Shown: in pieces, positions 49,629 through 51,436 of the stretch
Layout: every line of letters starts with the position of its first letter
How positions within the stretch are numbered: position 1 is the first letter of the stretch
DNA from: Thermoplasmatales archaeon
Lineage (GTDB): Archaea; Thermoplasmatota; E2; UBA202; JdFR-43
Reading direction: 5' to 3'
Assembly (NCBI GenBank): GCA_011052825.1
Contig: DRIF01000082.1
Coordinates: 1 to 51,436, forward strand
Length of the DNA stretch: 51,436 nt
Made by a program: the position numbers and the translations under genes
Notes under the pieces: generated by a model
The model's input: only the letters and a program-made list of their open reading frames with translations
The model's database searches: none
What the model was told of the DNA's origin: nothing

Positions 49629-50830
49629 TTGACAAGTAAAGTTAAAATTTCATCTATATCTATTTCTCTCTGCTCTCCCTTTTCCATGTCTTTTAAAATA
49701 ATTTTTTTCTTTTCCCATTCTTCAGGAGCAACTATTATGACTTTTTTCATTCCTTTTTTGTTTGCATATTCAAGAGATTTTGATATGCTCCTTCCCATCA
49801 AATCCATTTCAGATTTTATTTTATTTTTTCGTAGAAGTTTTGTTATTTTAATTGCCTCTCTTATCATCTCTCCCATGTATGCAACATAAACAGGTTTTTC
49901 TTTCTTATTAAATTCAAATCCCTCCGCTTCAAGTGCAAGTAGAGTCCTGTCAAATCCAATTGCAAAACCAGAAGTGGGAATTTTTTTTCCTCCGAGAAGA
50001 GGGACGAGGTTATACTCTCCACCTCCGCATATTTGCTTCTCCGCCCCGAGTTTTGGGGCATCTATCTCAAAAACTGTGCCTATATAATAATCGAGACCTC
50101 TTGCTATGGAAAGGTCAACGTTGTAAGGGATAGAAAATTCATCAATTAATGAGAGAATTTCTCCCATTCTCTCAGCTTCTTCATACTCAATTTCATCTAT
50201 TTTTTTTATTTTAATAAAATCCATGAATTTTTTAAATTCCTCTTCGCCTAACTCCTTTTTTAACTCATCATAATCCTTTTTATCTATCAATCTCATTATC
50301 CTTGCATCTCTTGCCCCTATACTGTCCAGAAACCTTCTCAGAATATCGAGATTCCCTATCCTCAGTATAATATTTCTCAACCCAACCTCTTTAAGTATAT
50401 CATATGAGAGGGAGATTAATTCTGCAATTGCTTCTGGTTTATCGCTTCCTATCAATTCACATCCAAACTGCCAGAATTCCCTATATCTTCCTTTTTGAGG
50501 GCGGTCATATCTGAAGCAATTTCCAAAATAATAAATTTTCAAGGGCTTGGTTTCCATCTGCATGCTTTCTACATAAAATCTCATGGCGGGAGCAGTGAGT
50601 TCAGGGCGAAGAGATATTTTCCTTCCAGATTTATCTTCAAATGAATATGTTTCCTCTATTATTCCCTCTCCTGATTTGAGGGTAAAAAGTTCGAGATGTT
50701 CAATTGTTGGAGTGGATATTTCACGATATCCATAAAGTTCAAAGATATTCCTTATCTCTTTTTCTAACCATCTTCTTTTTTCCATTTCTTCTGGTGTAAA
50801 ATCTCTAGTTCCTCTTGGCTTTGAAACCAT
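49619..50830 (-). CDS. hisS: Histidine--tRNA ligase
   Basis: PRGTRD, LRPELT, FRYDRPQKGRYREF.Q, RGLDYY and GGG.Y. Confidence 0.97.
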   Translation of the reverse strand: MVSKPRGTRDFTPEEMEKRRWLEKEIRNIFELYGYREISTPTIEHLELFTLKSGEGIIEETYSFEDKSGRKISLRPELTAPAMRFYVESMQMETKPLKIYYFGNCFRYDRPQKGRYREFWQFGCELIGSDKPEAIAELISLSYDILKEVGLRNIILRIGNLDILRRFLDSIGARDARIMRLIDKKDYDELKKELGEEEFKKFMDFIKIKKIDEIEYEEAERMGEILSLIDEFSIPYNVDLSIARGLDYYIGTVFEIDAPKLGAEKQICGGGEYNLVPLLGGKKIPTSGFAIGFDRTLLALEAEGFEFNKKEKPVYVAYMGEMIREAIKITKLLRKNKIKSEMDLMGRSISKSLEYANKKGMKKVIIVAPEEWEKKKIILKDMEKGEQREIDIDEILTLLVNHS

Positions 50831-50926
50831 GGAGATAAATAAAATTGCCATATTTATATTAATTGAATATTCCTTATGAAAGTAAACCTTTCAACAGCGT
50901 TGTCCGTTAAATGATTCAAAAATAAA

Positions 50927-50984
50927 GAATAGTGATAAAATGAGATGTTTTTAATTCCAACAGAGTTCAATTTTATCACTATTC
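50927..50984. repeat. Perfect 15-bp inverted repeat with 28-nt spacer
   Basis: GAATAGTGATAAAAT (50927-50941) / ATTTTATCACTATTC (50970-50984). Confidence 0.8.
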
Positions 50985-51077
50985 ACTCAAAAAAATTTAT
51001 TCTGGGTAACTCTGGTTAATAGAAAAATATAGTTTCCACTAATCAAGGCACATGGATTGGTGTTTTTTTTGATTTAT

Positions 51078-51436
51078 TTATCCAGCTTCTTTCACTGGAA
51101 GAAGCAGTGGTTCATCTAATATTAAAGATGCTTTGATTTTATTTACTACTAAAAGATTGTAACATATGACCTTCAACCTCAATTCTTTCTCCTGTAAATC
51201 TTCTCTTCTAGAAAATAAAACATGTCCCAATCTTTGTTTTTCAGCACCTATCACTGCCTCTATAACACTTCTTCGATGATAAGCATTGTCAAATGCATCC
51301 TTATCGTCTTTCCAAAGTCTTATCATTTTATGCCAAGCTGGAGATCCTTTAGCCTTTGTGGTAGCGTTTTTCATTGGTTTGAAAAACGGTTCAATGCCAT
51401 TTTCACTGATAAGATTGCAATTATATCTATTGCAGT
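51078..51436 (-). mobile_element. IS5-like DDE transposase, C-terminal part (open to window edge)
   Basis: P...PMKN, YHRRSVIEAV.GA.K (YREK signature) and L.SR....Q..EL.LKV..YN. Confidence 0.8.

Noticed and set aside
91..50133. Numerous short antisense or alternate-frame ORFs in the track (e.g. 934-1245, 22516-23040, 27065-27610)
   Set aside because: They overlap well-supported genes and show no recognisable motifs.

Overview
AT-rich archaeal chromosomal window. tgtA, TFS, dph2, mfnA and secreted PKD/C25-type proteins point to a Thermoplasmatota-like peptide fermenter; this taxonomy is inference. Partial IS transposases sit at both ends. Housekeeping content: a gamma-delta-alpha-beta 2-oxoacid:ferredoxin oxidoreductase operon, a suhB-nadK-JAMM-mfnA-hpt-dph2 run, tgtA, uppS, carbamate kinase and hisS. 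There are two tRNAs: Pro-GGG, next to a decayed tyrosine integrase, and Val-GAC, which carries a 42-nt BHB intron at the non-canonical T-loop position 59/60. A complete type I-B CRISPR-Cas locus (cas6-8b-7-5-3-4-1-2) precedes an array of 60 intact repeats plus 1 degenerate repeat. Most notable: (1) a Roadblock / degenerate-KaiC::MglA-type GTPase fusion / degenerate-KaiC signalling operon; (2) the T-loop tRNA intron; (3) an AbrB-led operon with an unannotated 42-aa four-Cys protein, HEAT proteins, DUF3795 and a radical SAM enzyme; (4) a cas-adjacent three-gene cassette bracketed by a duplicated 60-bp promoter-like segment; (5) coupled citF and LeuC/HacA-family genes lacking their partner subunits; (6) surface-protein genes disrupted in informative ways. 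All family calls come from motif recognition by eye, not from database searches.
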